NCBI GenBank assembly: GCA_964270895.1
Contig: OZ185439.1
DNA: 64,000 bases
From: Podarcis filfolensis
Lineage: Eukaryota
Reading direction: 5' to 3' (one strand)
Part shown: positions 37,601 to 50,900 of the stretch, piece after piece
Layout: every line of letters starts with the position of its first letter
Numbering within the stretch: the first letter of the stretch is position 1
The notes under the pieces: generated by a model
Told to the model about the DNA's origin: nothing
Seen by the model: only the letters and a program-made list of their open reading frames with translations
The model's database searches: none
Program-made: the position numbers and the translations under genes

Positions 37601-39627
37601 ACCAATGACTTTGTGCCGCTTCCTTGCAATCTGTTGGGGAAAAAAGAAAAGAAAAGAAGCATGAAAAGAACCAGCTTCTATATCCCCAGAAACATTTAAA
37701 CTGAAAGTTGGGTGACAGCTTCTGAAAATCCAAAGCAATTCCAACATACAGATTCATGTTTCTATTGCAAAATGTTCACTATTTTTCCCTGAGAGACAGT
37801 TTTTATATTCACTTGAAAAACCACATGCTGAGTTCTGCATTCTTCTTTTGTCTTGTACTTGTAAAATGATCCAGAATTGCATATGGATAGTAAAGGTGTG
37901 TTGTACCAGGCACTTGTAAATAAAGGGTACTCGCTTCCACCCACAGGTAGATACATTTTGAATTAAGTCTCCTTAATTGTGAAAGGACCTTGCAAGCAAG
38001 CATATATGCTGCTGTGAAGCTATGAGTCCAGTTCATGCACTGCACTATTGCACTCTATGCTGTAAGCCACCCAGAGTGGCTGGGGAAACCCAGCCAGATG
38101 GGTGGAGTATAAATAAATAATAGTAATAATAATAAAGCAACTAGGGTTTAATGTGAACAAGTTTATAGACAACAAATAAGGAGAGAGCCCAACTGAAACA
38201 ACTTTTTTGCAGCAATTCCTTCATCCAGGGAGGGAGACTTAATAAGAACAGATCATCAGCCTAAAATACAAAGGAACTGGGAGCAAGCAAAAGGCAACAA
38301 TGAAGCCAAAAGTAAATGGAACACATGCAAGCCAGGCAGCTCAAAGAACGTAGACCAGCTTCCAAATTAAGAGCAGCATCATTACATTATCACATCTAGG
38401 CATTCCAAATATAGATCCAAAACCTTGAGAACTTTAAGGACTGCCTCCGTATGTCATATGTCTTCCTGGGAGGCCCCAGTATTGCATCTCACACGGCTGG
38501 AGAAGTTCCTGATATAGGCAGCCTGGCTGCAAAACGTCCTATCCTGAGACTATGTCTTGCTCTTTCACTTTTGAGTCCTCCAAGCTCATACTGTCTAGAT
38601 GTTGGGTGTCTAAAGCCCAGCTTTGGGTCCACCAATTTTGGCAGTGGGGGGTGGGGAGTAGACATAGCACTGAGGTGGGTAGAGAGATTTAAAGCTCTCC
38701 ATCAGAGTACTGGGTTGGGATGCAAAACACCCACAACTCAATCAACAGAGCAACCATTTCATGAGTGAGGCAAGGGTGACAGCTCCCAGCTGCTCTGCAC
38801 AGCTGTGTGCTGTGTGTGCATACACAGGAGTATGGGGTAGTTACACCCACTAGAGCCATGAAGCCCCCAGAAAGCTGGCCAAAGGTGAATGTGGCTCTCC
38901 AGCACCCCCCAAAAAGGTTAATCATCCCCAATATAGACACATACATCTCAGCTGGACACTATCTGTACCTGGCATCTGCTTTCTGATTTGCTAAACTTGT
39001 TGCTGCTTTATGTTTTTGAGATTTCATTGATATTGCCTTTTACTATAGTTAGCCTCCGTGAAGCTCTTTCTTAAAAAGCAGAAAAGGGCAAGACAAAAAT
39101 ATTTTTACATGATAGCATACGGGCTAGACAGGGATTGACAAGACCGATTTTGTTTGACACAAAGTAAAAGCAGATTTAGAAAACTGGATTCTGCAACCAA
39201 ACAACACATTATACACAGCCCAGCTACAATCTTGACAACTGTAGCTCCATGGGCCACGGTTGAAGTCTTTAAAGCCCTAAGTAGCCTCGGCCCAGTATAC
39301 CTGAAGGAGCGTCTCCACCCCCATCATTCAGTCCGAACACTGAGGTACGGCGCCAAGGACCTTCTGGCAGTTCCCTCACTGCAAGGTTGCAGGAAACCAG
39401 GCAGAGGGCCTTCTCTGTAGTAGCTCCCACCCTGTGGAACGCCCCCCCCCCCCATCAGATGTCAAACGAATAAAATCTGATGTTTAGAAGACATCTGAAG
39501 GCAGCCCTGTTTAGGGAAGTTTTTTAATGACTGATGTTTTAATGTATTTTTAATCTTTTGTTGGAAGCCACCCAGGGTGGCTGGGGAAACCCAGCCAGAT
39601 GGGCAGGGTATATGTAATTTTTATTAC

Positions 39628-39660
<33 letters not shown>

Positions 39661-42600
39661 TACCCACTGGTCAAGGGCAAGGTTCAAGCTAACTTGTGGC
39701 TATTGAAGACAGATTTTTAAGCAGAGTTCCACATCCCTGGTGTTGCAAATTGTACAGACTACAATGAACTGTGTGCTTTATGGCCTCCCCCATGCTAGAC
39801 TCAAGCCTCTGAAACTTGATTAGTTTCTTTTCCCCTAGCTCAGTATCTTTCCAACAGCAATTACAGGTTATACTGCTTGTGTGGACACTTTACGCACACA
39901 TTTTGTATAGCTTAAGCAGAAGCAAAACAGACTTACCTGGCACAGCCATGTTATTTATTCACATTAAATATAAATAAGCCCCACGAGAACTTTGTGCGCC
40001 GCTGAGCCACTGTCTTGAGAACTTGAAACAAATGCCAGGATTCTAAGCGGCGCCAAGAGACCAACCGATTTTGATGAGCTACCACTAGAGTAACCAAGAT
40101 GCATCAATCCCAAAGATGTGAAAAGCAATCTTCTTTTGCTTGCATCGCATCAAGTGGACATTAGGGATGGGAAGACAGCAGAGAAGGACGGCAAAAAGAA
40201 GGCTGCGGGGGAGATTTAAAGCAGCTCTCTTTTTCAGGTTAACAAGTACTCAGCTACAGAAATGAGACACTGGTTTAATCCAAATACGGAGGTGCAAGAA
40301 GCCAACACTTGACAAAAGCATCGGCCAACTAGACTGGAGGAAACAATGAACCCAGCAATAGTTTCCTCAGTTGACACAGATTGTAACCTTACGCATGCTT
40401 ACCTGGGAGTAAAGCCCCATTGAACACAGTGGGTTGTATTTCTATGTAAATATGCAAGGGATCATGCTGAGTTTTGTAAGTAAGATGTAGGAGGTGCTGC
40501 TCCTACATGCAACAGACCAATAAAACTGCCTTGGTTGTAATACTGCAATTTTAAAGAGCTTTGGATTAACTATGAGGGGAGATCCAATCAGATGAGGTTG
40601 TAGTTCGAATCAAAGAATGGTAGAGTTAGAAGGGACCACACAGGTCATGTAGTCCAACCCTCTGCAATGCAGGAATTTTTTCCCTAAGGTGGTGTTTGGA
40701 CCCATGACCCTGAGATTAAGAGTCTCATGCTCTACCAAGGTGTTCCAGAGCTGCTACTACCACCACAAGTAAATGTGGCAACCAACTGATCAGCAACCTC
40801 CCCCTGCCCAAATCTTTGATCTAAAAACTGGGGGAGGCTTGTTAACAACTTTCCACCTCCAGCATCTGCCAGAAGAACCCAAAATTGCAAGATGTCAGCA
40901 TTCCCAGGCCAGCAGATGCTCCTTAAAAAAGAAAGGGGTGACCAAGTATAGATTCAGGAGCAGAGCTTCAATGTCATGACTCGAGATGCAAGTTTATTCA
41001 ACTTGTCTAATTTATACAGGTTACAGATTTTCAGCCTCTTGCGGAAGAATTTTCTAGGGCCCAGCTCTGGTCGTAAGTCAATAACCCATACGATGCCTGT
41101 GTACTACATTTCTGCAAGAATTCATGTTGGGGGAGGAATTACTCAAAGGCCTCTCTGCTTGCTTCTCAGTGGCAGCATCTCTCCTGCAGCAAATATTTCA
41201 CTACTAATAGTAAGACATGGCAGCAGAAAGTTGCTCTGTCTTCTCCACTAATCCCCGTATCGAGCTACCAACCATTAAGTCCGCAGAAATAAAGTGTTCT
41301 TTGTTGACAGTTTGTGCAGTGGTTCTTACCAACTGACTGAGTGGCACATATAGCGTAAAGCTTTCTGTCAAGACAAAAAAAAAAAGTGTTCCAGTCGTCC
41401 TTCGTGGGTTGCAAGTATTTGGATTACTATTTATTCCTCTGGGTTGCAAGTCATTCCAGAATGTCACAGCCAAATGAATATCTATAGACTTACCTCCAGG
41501 CAGTCGTTAAAAAGGAACAGGGTGACCTGCTCCCCTCTGTCACAGAGGTCGTCACCAAGCGCAACTGTTTCCAGCCGCTGAATTAGACTTCGGTGAGATG
41601 ACAAGAGATTGGCCTGTGGGGTATAGGAGAAGCTCATTTAAAAAACAGAACAGAATAGTTCAGGAAGGTGCTTTGTCACCAAGAAATAAAATTAAACAGA
41701 GCAGACTTTTAACCTGAAAGATCTGAATAACATTCAAAAACCTGCTGGACAGTAATATTTATGCTATTCTGCAGATTAGATTTCACAGCAGGTAACATTG
41801 CGGGTGGCGCTGTGGTCTAAACCACAGAGCCTAGGTAGGGCTTGCTGATCAGAAGGTTGGCGGTTTGAATTCCCGTGACGAGGTGAGCTCCAGTTGCTCG
41901 GTCCCAATTCCTGCCAACCTAGCAGTTCGAAAGCACCCCAAAAAGTGCAAGTAGATAAATAGGTACCGCTCCGGTGGGAAAGTAAATGGCGTTTCCGTGC
42001 GCAGCTCTGGTTTCGCCAGAAGCAGCTTAGTCATGCTGGCCACACGACTCAGAAAAACTGTCTGCAGACAAACGTCGGCTCCCTCGGCCAGTAAAGCGAG
42101 ATGAGCACCGCAACCCCCGTCGTTTGCAACTGGACTTAACTGTCAGGGGTCCTTTACCTTTTTAAACATTGCCTTACTGAACCCTTTCAAAAGCTCACAT
42201 AAAGGAGTCCTCTCATTGCCCAACAACAGAATACTTCTCCAGTACATCAGCTTATTGTTACTGTAACCCCACACATTTTTTCTACAGCATTATTAGGGTC
42301 AATAAACACTTTCAAAAACTCTATCTGGAAATACAGCTAATGATCAATTTCAAAATTACTCCAGTTCAGCATAAAAAATTAGTTGTTAATGGTACCACAT
42401 TCCAAAAACATAGAACACACTCCTAACCTATTGGGGTATGTTAGGTTTCACAGTGTTAACTCACTGGGAGATGTGGAAGCCTTGGAAGAAGGAAACAAGA
42501 AAGCAAAACAAAATGCATATGAGATGTACTGAACTCATAATGGAAGGAATCCAGAGTACCCTGATAACCTAACGGGGTTGGGGAGCTCAACAGAATATTG

Positions 42601-43519
42601 CAAGCAAGAAATCAGTGTTAAAAGTTTGCACTATGAAAACTATAGTTCCTGTACCAATATAAAGCCAGCCTGAAGCAGAATTAACCTCATAGGGTAAAAC
42701 TTACACCTAGGGTTCAATAAAGCCTTGCAGTGGTTTTTGATTACATACAGGAATCTGCTGCAAGTTACAAAAACAGGAAAAATATTCTAGCACTCTTGAA
42801 GTGGCAGAACCAAAAAGGGTGGAATTTATGGTACAACCAAAATTCTAAATTAATTTTCTCTACCCTATTTTAAGAACTTGTCGAGCATATAATCCAGTTC
42901 AATTAGGGGTTGGGCAGCTTCATTCTCCCATTCATCTCAATAAAAACCCTGAACATGTAGCAAGTTAAACATACTTTTTCTGAAAAACTGAAGCGGAGAG
43001 AGATGAAACAGCACAGGACAGCTGACCTCACAATTGTTGAGAAGCATGTAGAGCATGAAGCAGCTCAGGTTTGCTAGAGAAAAGCTGGACCAATATTTCA
43101 AACAGGCACTGGGCCCACAGCAACCCCACTGGCCCGGGAGTGTTACGTGAGAAGACTCTCCAATTAACATTTATTCTTCTCCTCCTTCCCCTACCAAGAG
43201 GTCGTATCTGTCTAACAAAAGGACTCCACCCCACACATCAGGCTCAGCTGCACTATTACTTACCGGGCAGCCATCTACTTCATAGACAACATCAAAAATC
43301 TGCCTTTGGGCTTCCGTTTTCCTTTTATCTTCATTAATATGCCTGGGGAAAAGAGCAAAAAAAGACTTTTCAGTTGTTAGGGTTTAAGGTCCAATACAGA
43401 CAGGGCATCCAGGTATCTGCTTCATTGCACATGAAGGTCAGATCCACCACTTTAAGTTATTGACATAAGCTTTTGCTCAGAGACTATTATGGGTGGGGAG
43501 TGTGAGTGTGTGTGTGTGT

Positions 43520-43554
<35 letters not shown>

Positions 43555-46500
43555 AAACATGTGTCTATACACACATCTACAGCTGAACAGCCTCTTCATC
43601 TGCACAACGGCCACTTCGTTAAGTCGGCTACCCAGAAACCAAGACTACCACAGGAGAATTATGCTATATGCATACCAACACCATGCAAAAAATACAAAGC
43701 TACACACAAACAGAAACACCACCTTTTATGATAGTTTTTTAAATTCTGCCCGCATTAATTTCTTGCACAGACTTGGGAAATGTGAAAAGACTGCGACGAG
43801 CAGCCGTGTCAGCAGTTGAAGACTAAGGAGAAGTGTTTTCCACTTGAGGAAGGCCCAAAGGGGCAGGGGTTCATCGAAACAGATTTGCTGAATTTTCCTC
43901 CCTTAAAGCGCTGCAAAGCTACCAGGCAGCTGCTACAGTGCTGACCCTTCACACTGACAGCAGTCATGGGAGTCTCCTGCAGTACAAGTAATTCCTACAG
44001 AATTCCTTTCGTTGTCATTTGAATTTCACTGGCTTCAGGAGTAAGGGAAAGGATTCACAATATATCCCCATCACCCTAAGGAAAAGTTATTGTAACAAGA
44101 AAAAGCACCAATTCCTTTCCACAAAAAGGTTCTGAAAAGCAACAGTTAACTTATCTTTGAAGTAAGACACCTCTCATTACAAAGGTAGTAAAGTTAAGTC
44201 CAGTCGCAGACGACTCTGGGGTTGAGGCGCTCATCTTGCTTTACAGGCCGAGGGAGCCGGCGTTTGTCCGCAGACAGTTTTTCCGGGTCATGTGGCCAGC
44301 ATGACTAAGCCGCTTCTGGCGCAGCAGAACACCGAAACCAGAGAAGCGCACAGAAACAGCATTTACCTTCCTGCTGGAGCAGTACCTATTTATCTACTTG
44401 CATTTTTGGCGTGCTTTCGAAGTGTTAGGTTGGCAGGAGCTGGGATCGAGCAACGGGAGCTCACCCCGTCACGGGGATTTGAACCGCCGACCTTCTGATC
44501 AGCAAGCCCAAGAGGCTCAGTGGTTTAGACCACAGCGCCACCCGTGTCCCTTTCTCATTACAAAACGATGTATCAAATGGATAGCAGTGCCAAAGCAGGG
44601 CCTCCCAGTTTTGAGGAGAATTAAACGCTCATAACTTTTTTCTAATGAGTACTATTCAATGTGTGGCTTTTGAGATGGAACCCACAGTTCAGCTGGGAAC
44701 CTAGCTACCTCACACAACAGCAGCATTCCTACAGCTTTCTGTTTTCTCTTTTCTTTTTTTGGCAACTGGAAAATACAGGCCGGCAATATACCACAGGATA
44801 AACCATACCATTGTTATATATATTTCAGAGCATCATAGAATAGTAGAATTGGAAGGTCCAACCCCCTGGAATGCAGTTATTTCATTTGCTGATAGCCTCC
44901 CATGAGGCATGCCAAACGAATTTACATTATAAGAGCATAGAACAGTTACATATACAGTGGTACCTTGGTTTCTGAGCATCTCAAAAACCTAACGTTTCGG
45001 CTTTCAAACGCCAAAAACCCGAAGTAAATGCTTCCGTTTTCGAATGTGCCTCAGAAGTTGAACAGCTTGCACTGCGTTTTTTTCCATTTTCTCCATTGAA
45101 ATTGCAGGCCGCCTCTGTAAGACCCTTTGCGCCTCAGTTTTCGAACCCGAACAGTCTTCCGGAACAGATTACGTTCGAAAACCATGGTACCACTCTTATA
45201 AATACAACTTTTAAAAACTATATATAATGCATGCTGCCTATTGAGCAGACAAGTATGGTAGGGAGAGAGAGATATGTAGAATACTTGTCTGCTCAATAGG
45301 CAGTATGCCTTACTGCCATGCTAGTCTACCATACTAATATCAGAACCAGAGAATATCTCCTAGTAATGAGTATCACCACTTACGTCATCACTTCCTTTAG
45401 CGACTCAATGGCTCTCTCTAGAGTTGCCTTGTCAGGATTGTCTTCTGCCGTATGTTTCTTAATGTCTACAACAGGGAAGTGCGAAAAGTGCAACTTTTTA
45501 AAATCATGCCAAGATAATGTTGACTAAGTTTGAGAATGCGGGGGGGGGGGGGAGAGACTGGTTTTCAATCACCTTTTCACCCCATACAGCTGGAAGTTCT
45601 TTTCTGTGGTTGCCAAAACTCTTATTTACAAAACATGGATTTCTCATCGTTACTCACCTAGAAAGACTCTCAAACAGCTGATCCACACCTATTTCAAGGC
45701 CTAATGTAAATTATGCAGGTTAGGCCTGTATGACTATACTTAACAGTAGGTGGCAAACAGATTTAAGAACTGCATATGTTTTAGTGACATAAATAACCTA
45801 CAGAGTGTTTTTGGGGGATGGGAATTGTCAGTCACTGCCCAATTGCATTCCATTATTCCTCTTAATTGAAAGCATGTTTAAAGATCTCCGTAGTGTTAGA
45901 GCCTTAAACAAATCTATTGGAAAGTTTAAAACACAATAATGCTTAAGTATCCACCATCCCTAGAGCAGCTTTGTCATGCATATTTGCAGAAAAGGGCATG
46001 GAGTCAGATGAAGCCCGTTTCAGTTAGAGCGTTTAGCTCTCCCAATTCGAAGCAACTAAAATAAGGCACCAGCTCACTTGCTCTACAAAAACAAGCGATG
46101 CAAAACCAGCCCTTACTTACCATTTAGAAGAAGGGCAACACTAGGCAGCCTCTGAACAGGTCGGATGAGGAGTTCTGCCAAACTCTGTCGACCACACTCT
46201 GGTTTAGCTTGATTTATCTATTAAGAGCAAAGTACCGACTCAATCCTTGCCATTGCTAAGTGTGAAATTCTTATTTTCTTTGCGTGAGGGGTCGATGCCT
46301 GCTGTCTTTAAAGAGGTAGTAGTGCAACCGTTCCTCAGTAAACCTGCGCCAGACTCAGAGGTTTGTAACAACTACCACCCAGTCACAAACATCCCCTTTC
46401 TAAGGAAGGTGTAGTGGCCAGAAGCTCTTGGACAAAATGCATTATCTGCAGAGGTTTTCAGCCTTTATGAGTCCACAACTCCCCTGACCAACTACATTCT

Positions 46501-47877
46501 TTCTGCGGCTCCCCTGTGGGGAAATGCTCTGAGTCTCAAAAGCCCAGCTATGTTACCCCTTGCCTGAAGAGCCAGCAGCCCCTCACCCCTTGTTGAACAC
46601 CTTCCCTTGTGGACTATTCTTTGTCCTCTCTTGATTCCTTGGGAGTCCTCCAAGCAGCCACCGTCGCCATCCCTGGTCTCTGAGCTGCCCCCCCCACACC
46701 CCAAAGAGAGGTGCCTCCTCACGCTGCCCCACAGCAGCCTGGAAAGAAGATGCCCCCACTGCATTATCTGGATCCATTCCCAACAAAGATTCAGGCCTAG
46801 CTTCATAAATGAGTCAGCCTTGGTTACCCTGACCAATGACCTTTATCAGGACAGGGATAGAGGGAATGTGATCCTGTTCCTTCTCTTTGATCTCTCAGCA
46901 GCACTCAGTACCATCGACCATATTGGCTGGATTGGCAGTAGGAAATACGGCGATTCTACAGGGGTGTTTTCAGAAAATGACACTAAGAAAGTCAGCCTTA
47001 TAGCAATTATTCTGTGGTGGTCTGCAGGTTTCCATCTTGCTCCCAAGACTACTGAATAACTCTATGAATCCATTGGGAACTGTATGGAGTGTTATAGACT
47101 GACATGCCCTCAATATGCTGATGACCCCCAACTCTACATTCTCTGTATATCCAAGTCAGAAAGAAGGTGCAAACCCTGGTTCTTAGACAAGTGGTGGGCG
47201 AGATGAGGGCCAAGTTGAAGCTCCGTCTTAACAAGATGGAGATCCTGTGGATAGTCAGGCCAAAGAATTGGGCAGGTTTTCTACTCTGGATGGATGCCCT
47301 CCCTCCAAAACAGACAGATGTGCAATCTGGTGGTGCTCTTAGATCTATCACTGGCTGGAGGCACCAGTCAGATGGGCGGGGTACAAATCATAAATAAATA
47401 AGGGGAGGCCCGGCTCACTGTGATGCATTTGGACCAAGATCACTATGTGGCAGTGCCAAGAAGGGCTCTCAATATGGAATTCCCTGCCTCCCTGCCCAGG
47501 CCAGGATACAGCTGGTGCCAACTCTGAGTTCATTCATCTAGGCTATAGCTTGATAGGAAACTGGAATCTGTTTGATCTTGTGGACTGTTTGTTAGTGCTA
47601 CTATTACTCGCTTACTTTGTCTTATAAAATGTAGTAGCACATATGTGACTTTTTAGGCAACCTGCTATGGGTTTACCTTGGCAATGAAGAGCAGGTAAGC
47701 AATATTTTAAATACTTCAGCAAGTAGGAGTGAAAAACCTCTGCCAATCTACTAGTAAGATCCTAATCCACCTTCGGTCCGCACCTGTTCTAAGGGCATTG
47801 AAGTCAGACACTGCTAACTTATTACACAGAAGTCAAAAACATACTCCAAGTCAATACACAGATGAAATCCCTTCCAT

Positions 47878-47910
<33 letters not shown>

Positions 47911-50900
47911 CACACACACAGGGGGAGCAAGGAAAAGGGGAGGGAAGGTAATTACCTTCAGGAAAGCGTGAAACCTTGGCTTCTGTTTTTCGCACTTAGT
48001 AATCATTTCCTTGCTCATTTCAAAGAAGTTCACAAAAGGAGGGTATGTTTTCAGTAAGTCTTTTGACTGAAAGAATGCAGAACTTTCATTTACAACAAGC
48101 ATAAAGCTGAAGTGGAAAAAGGTAATTTTAAAAATTGGTCCTTTACAGCTTAAATATACCATCAGGCCCTGAAGTATTTTCAGTCACCACTAAACCAGCT
48201 AAGAGGCACTCCACAGCAGCCTTCCCCAACATCTCTGAGATCTACAGGTGTAGGGCAGTATACAAATGCAACAGTACAAGTGTGCAGTGCAAAACTTTGC
48301 TCGATGTTACTAAAACAAGCCTTGAGGCTTCCCCAATTCCTCCAATTCCAGGGGGTTCCTCCCCATGTGCTATGCGAGCACTCATGGTAATGCAGCCAGT
48401 GTTGAAGACTTACATATTTGAGTATGACATCACCAATGCTTTCGCTTTCAGTCCAGTTTATCATAAGGTCTTCAAGGTCCTCCTAGAAAATAAATGACAT
48501 ATTGCCTATTAAAAAAAAATTACAATTTGTAAGATGGAAAGTTATATTAGCATCCTGAACTTATGCATTTTTTCTGCTCCCAAATAGCCTTTAATTTAAA
48601 GATACGTAATGAAGGTGCTTATATACACTGAGTGTAGATAAGCGATTTCATTACATATATTTAGGCACCAGGAAAAAAACATTTCTCTTCAAGCAGGCAT
48701 TCAGCAGATTAACATTCTATGGCTTTTTAAATGTGGGGGGGGTGCTATTGGTTTGTTTTTCTTATGTATTTTTAATTCTCATTTTGTTTCTTTCTGTTGT
48801 GAAGGTTACTATACAAATGTAATTAATGATAACAATGACAATTTGATACCACATTTGGAAGCAAGGGAAAATATAAGCACCCTTATTTTTGGTATTATGC
48901 CTGATGTGAGTCAGTTTCAGGGAATCTATTCATGAACTACAGTGGTGCCCCGCAAGACGAACGCCTCGCAAGACGAAAAACCCGCTAGACGAAAGGGTTT
49001 TCCGTTTTTCGATGCGCTTCGCAAGACGAATTTCCCTATGGGCTTCCTTCGCAAGACGAAAGCCCATAGGGAAATCTCCAGGACAGCGGGGAAGCGCAGC
49101 GCGTCTTCCCCACTGTCCTCGGACCTCTTCCGAAGGCTGGCGGTGGGGCGTAGAGACCTCCTCCCGCCGCCAGCCTTCGGAAGGCTCCTCCGAAGGCTGG
49201 CGGTGGGGCGGAGAGACCTTCTCCCCGCGCCAGCCTTCGGATGGCTGTCCTGAAGACTTGCGGTGGGAGGAGGGTTTTCCTTCCCACCGCCAACATTCAG
49301 AATGCTGTTCTGAATGTTGGCGGTGGGGAGGAAAAACCCTCCTCCCACCGCAAGCCCCGGGAACAGAGGAGAAGCGCTGCGCGCCTTCCCCTCTGGTCCC
49401 GGACCTGTCCTGAAGGCTTGCGGTGGGGAGAAAAGCCCTTCTCCGCACCGCCAGCCTGGCAAGCGGTCTCCATAGGAACGCATTAATTGATTTTCAATGC
49501 ATTCCTATGGGAAACCGTGCTTCGCAAGACGAAAAACTCGCAAGAAGAAAAAACTTGCGGAACGAATTAATTTCGTCTTGCGAGGCACCACTGTATTGAA
49601 CTGAAGAGTGTAGAACAAATGCTAAACTTGCAACTTCAAATTCCATTTTCTGTCCTAAGTTGTTCCAGACATGCATGTTTCCCCAGGGCGGCACAAGCAA
49701 GTTAAAACTCGGGAGTAAAGCAACACAGATGAAAGATCTGCATTGTACAAGTCTTGAAGACAACCTTTATTTTGGTGTGTACATCAAGGATGTCAGGGAT
49801 ACTGCCAAATATGGTTTTAATTTCCTCTGGTGCAAGAATGGGGCCCCCAAGCTGTCCTTCCTTTTCCAAGGGGACTTGAAAGACCTGGAAAAAATGAAAA
49901 CAGCAATACATTTAATACCACAGAGTCATCTTAATTGGAAGGCTGCACTCAAGGCAGATTCATGCTCTTTGCAGTAGGTAACAATTTCCCTAAAACCACC
50001 TATTGGCAATTATGGGCTGGGCCAGGTTTACCGTGCCAAGATGCTGCCGCCTAGTAGTCACTCCCCTTACCCCCTTCCCTAAACAATAAAAATGAAGGCT
50101 TTCCTAGTACCCATATGAATTGATGTTGGTTCAGCTCTGTCTGCATTACCAACACCCAAGTGACTCAGAGCAGTGGTTCTCAAAGGATGTGACGCACCAC
50201 AGAGGTGTGACAGGAGAGGATGGCAAGGGTGGCAGTAAGATTCAAGGACAATCAAAGAAACATTTAAACATTTCAGTATAGTATAGTATAGTATTTCTAA
50301 AACATTCTTATTTGCAAAATACGGATCAATATCTTTTTCTAAATGAAAGGAAGAGCATCAATGATACCAAGGACAACCTAGTTGCGATCCAGAAACGCTG
50401 TTCGAACCGAGTGCTGGAGAAGACGCATTTATAATTACCGTATTTTTTGCTCTATAAGACTCACTTTTCCCCTCCTAAAAAGTAAGGGGAGATGTGTGTG
50501 CGTCTTATGGAGCGAATGCAGGCTGCGCAGCTATCCCAGAAGCCAGAACAGCAAGAGGGATTGCTGCTTTCACTGTGCAGCAATCCCTCTTGCTGTTCTG
50601 GCTTCTGAGATTCAGAATATTTTTTTTCTTGTTTTCCTCCTCCAAAAACTAGGTGCATCTTGTGGTCTGGTGCGTCTTATAGAGCAAAAAAAATGGTATA
50701 TTTTGGAAATGATTCGTGTTCTAATGCAGCTGCATTGTTTCTGACTTTCTGGATTTCTGCATCAGCGCTAACATAACTTCTTGGCAGGTCATGTTCAGGC
50801 ACAGACCTGTCACTCTTTGGCCCCTTCTCACAATGGCACTCCAATAAAGACAGCTGCTGACTAGGCATGGTTGTCAGGTTAGTCTTTAACATATGGAAGA

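Noticed and set aside
40685-40737. tRNA-Lys(CTT) gene
   Set aside because: The 5' acceptor strand is missing, the T-arm is degenerate, and it is fused to a CR1-like tail, so it is a SINE head.
46607-47059. 150-aa ORF (and its 142-aa twin at 60864-61292) as a duplicated host gene
   Set aside because: Both translate decayed L2 RT motifs inside a repeat; reported as a chimeric element instead.
48926-49483. Cluster of 100-185 aa ORFs on both strands
   Set aside because: They arise from the GC-rich tandem units of the MITE and have no transposase motifs.
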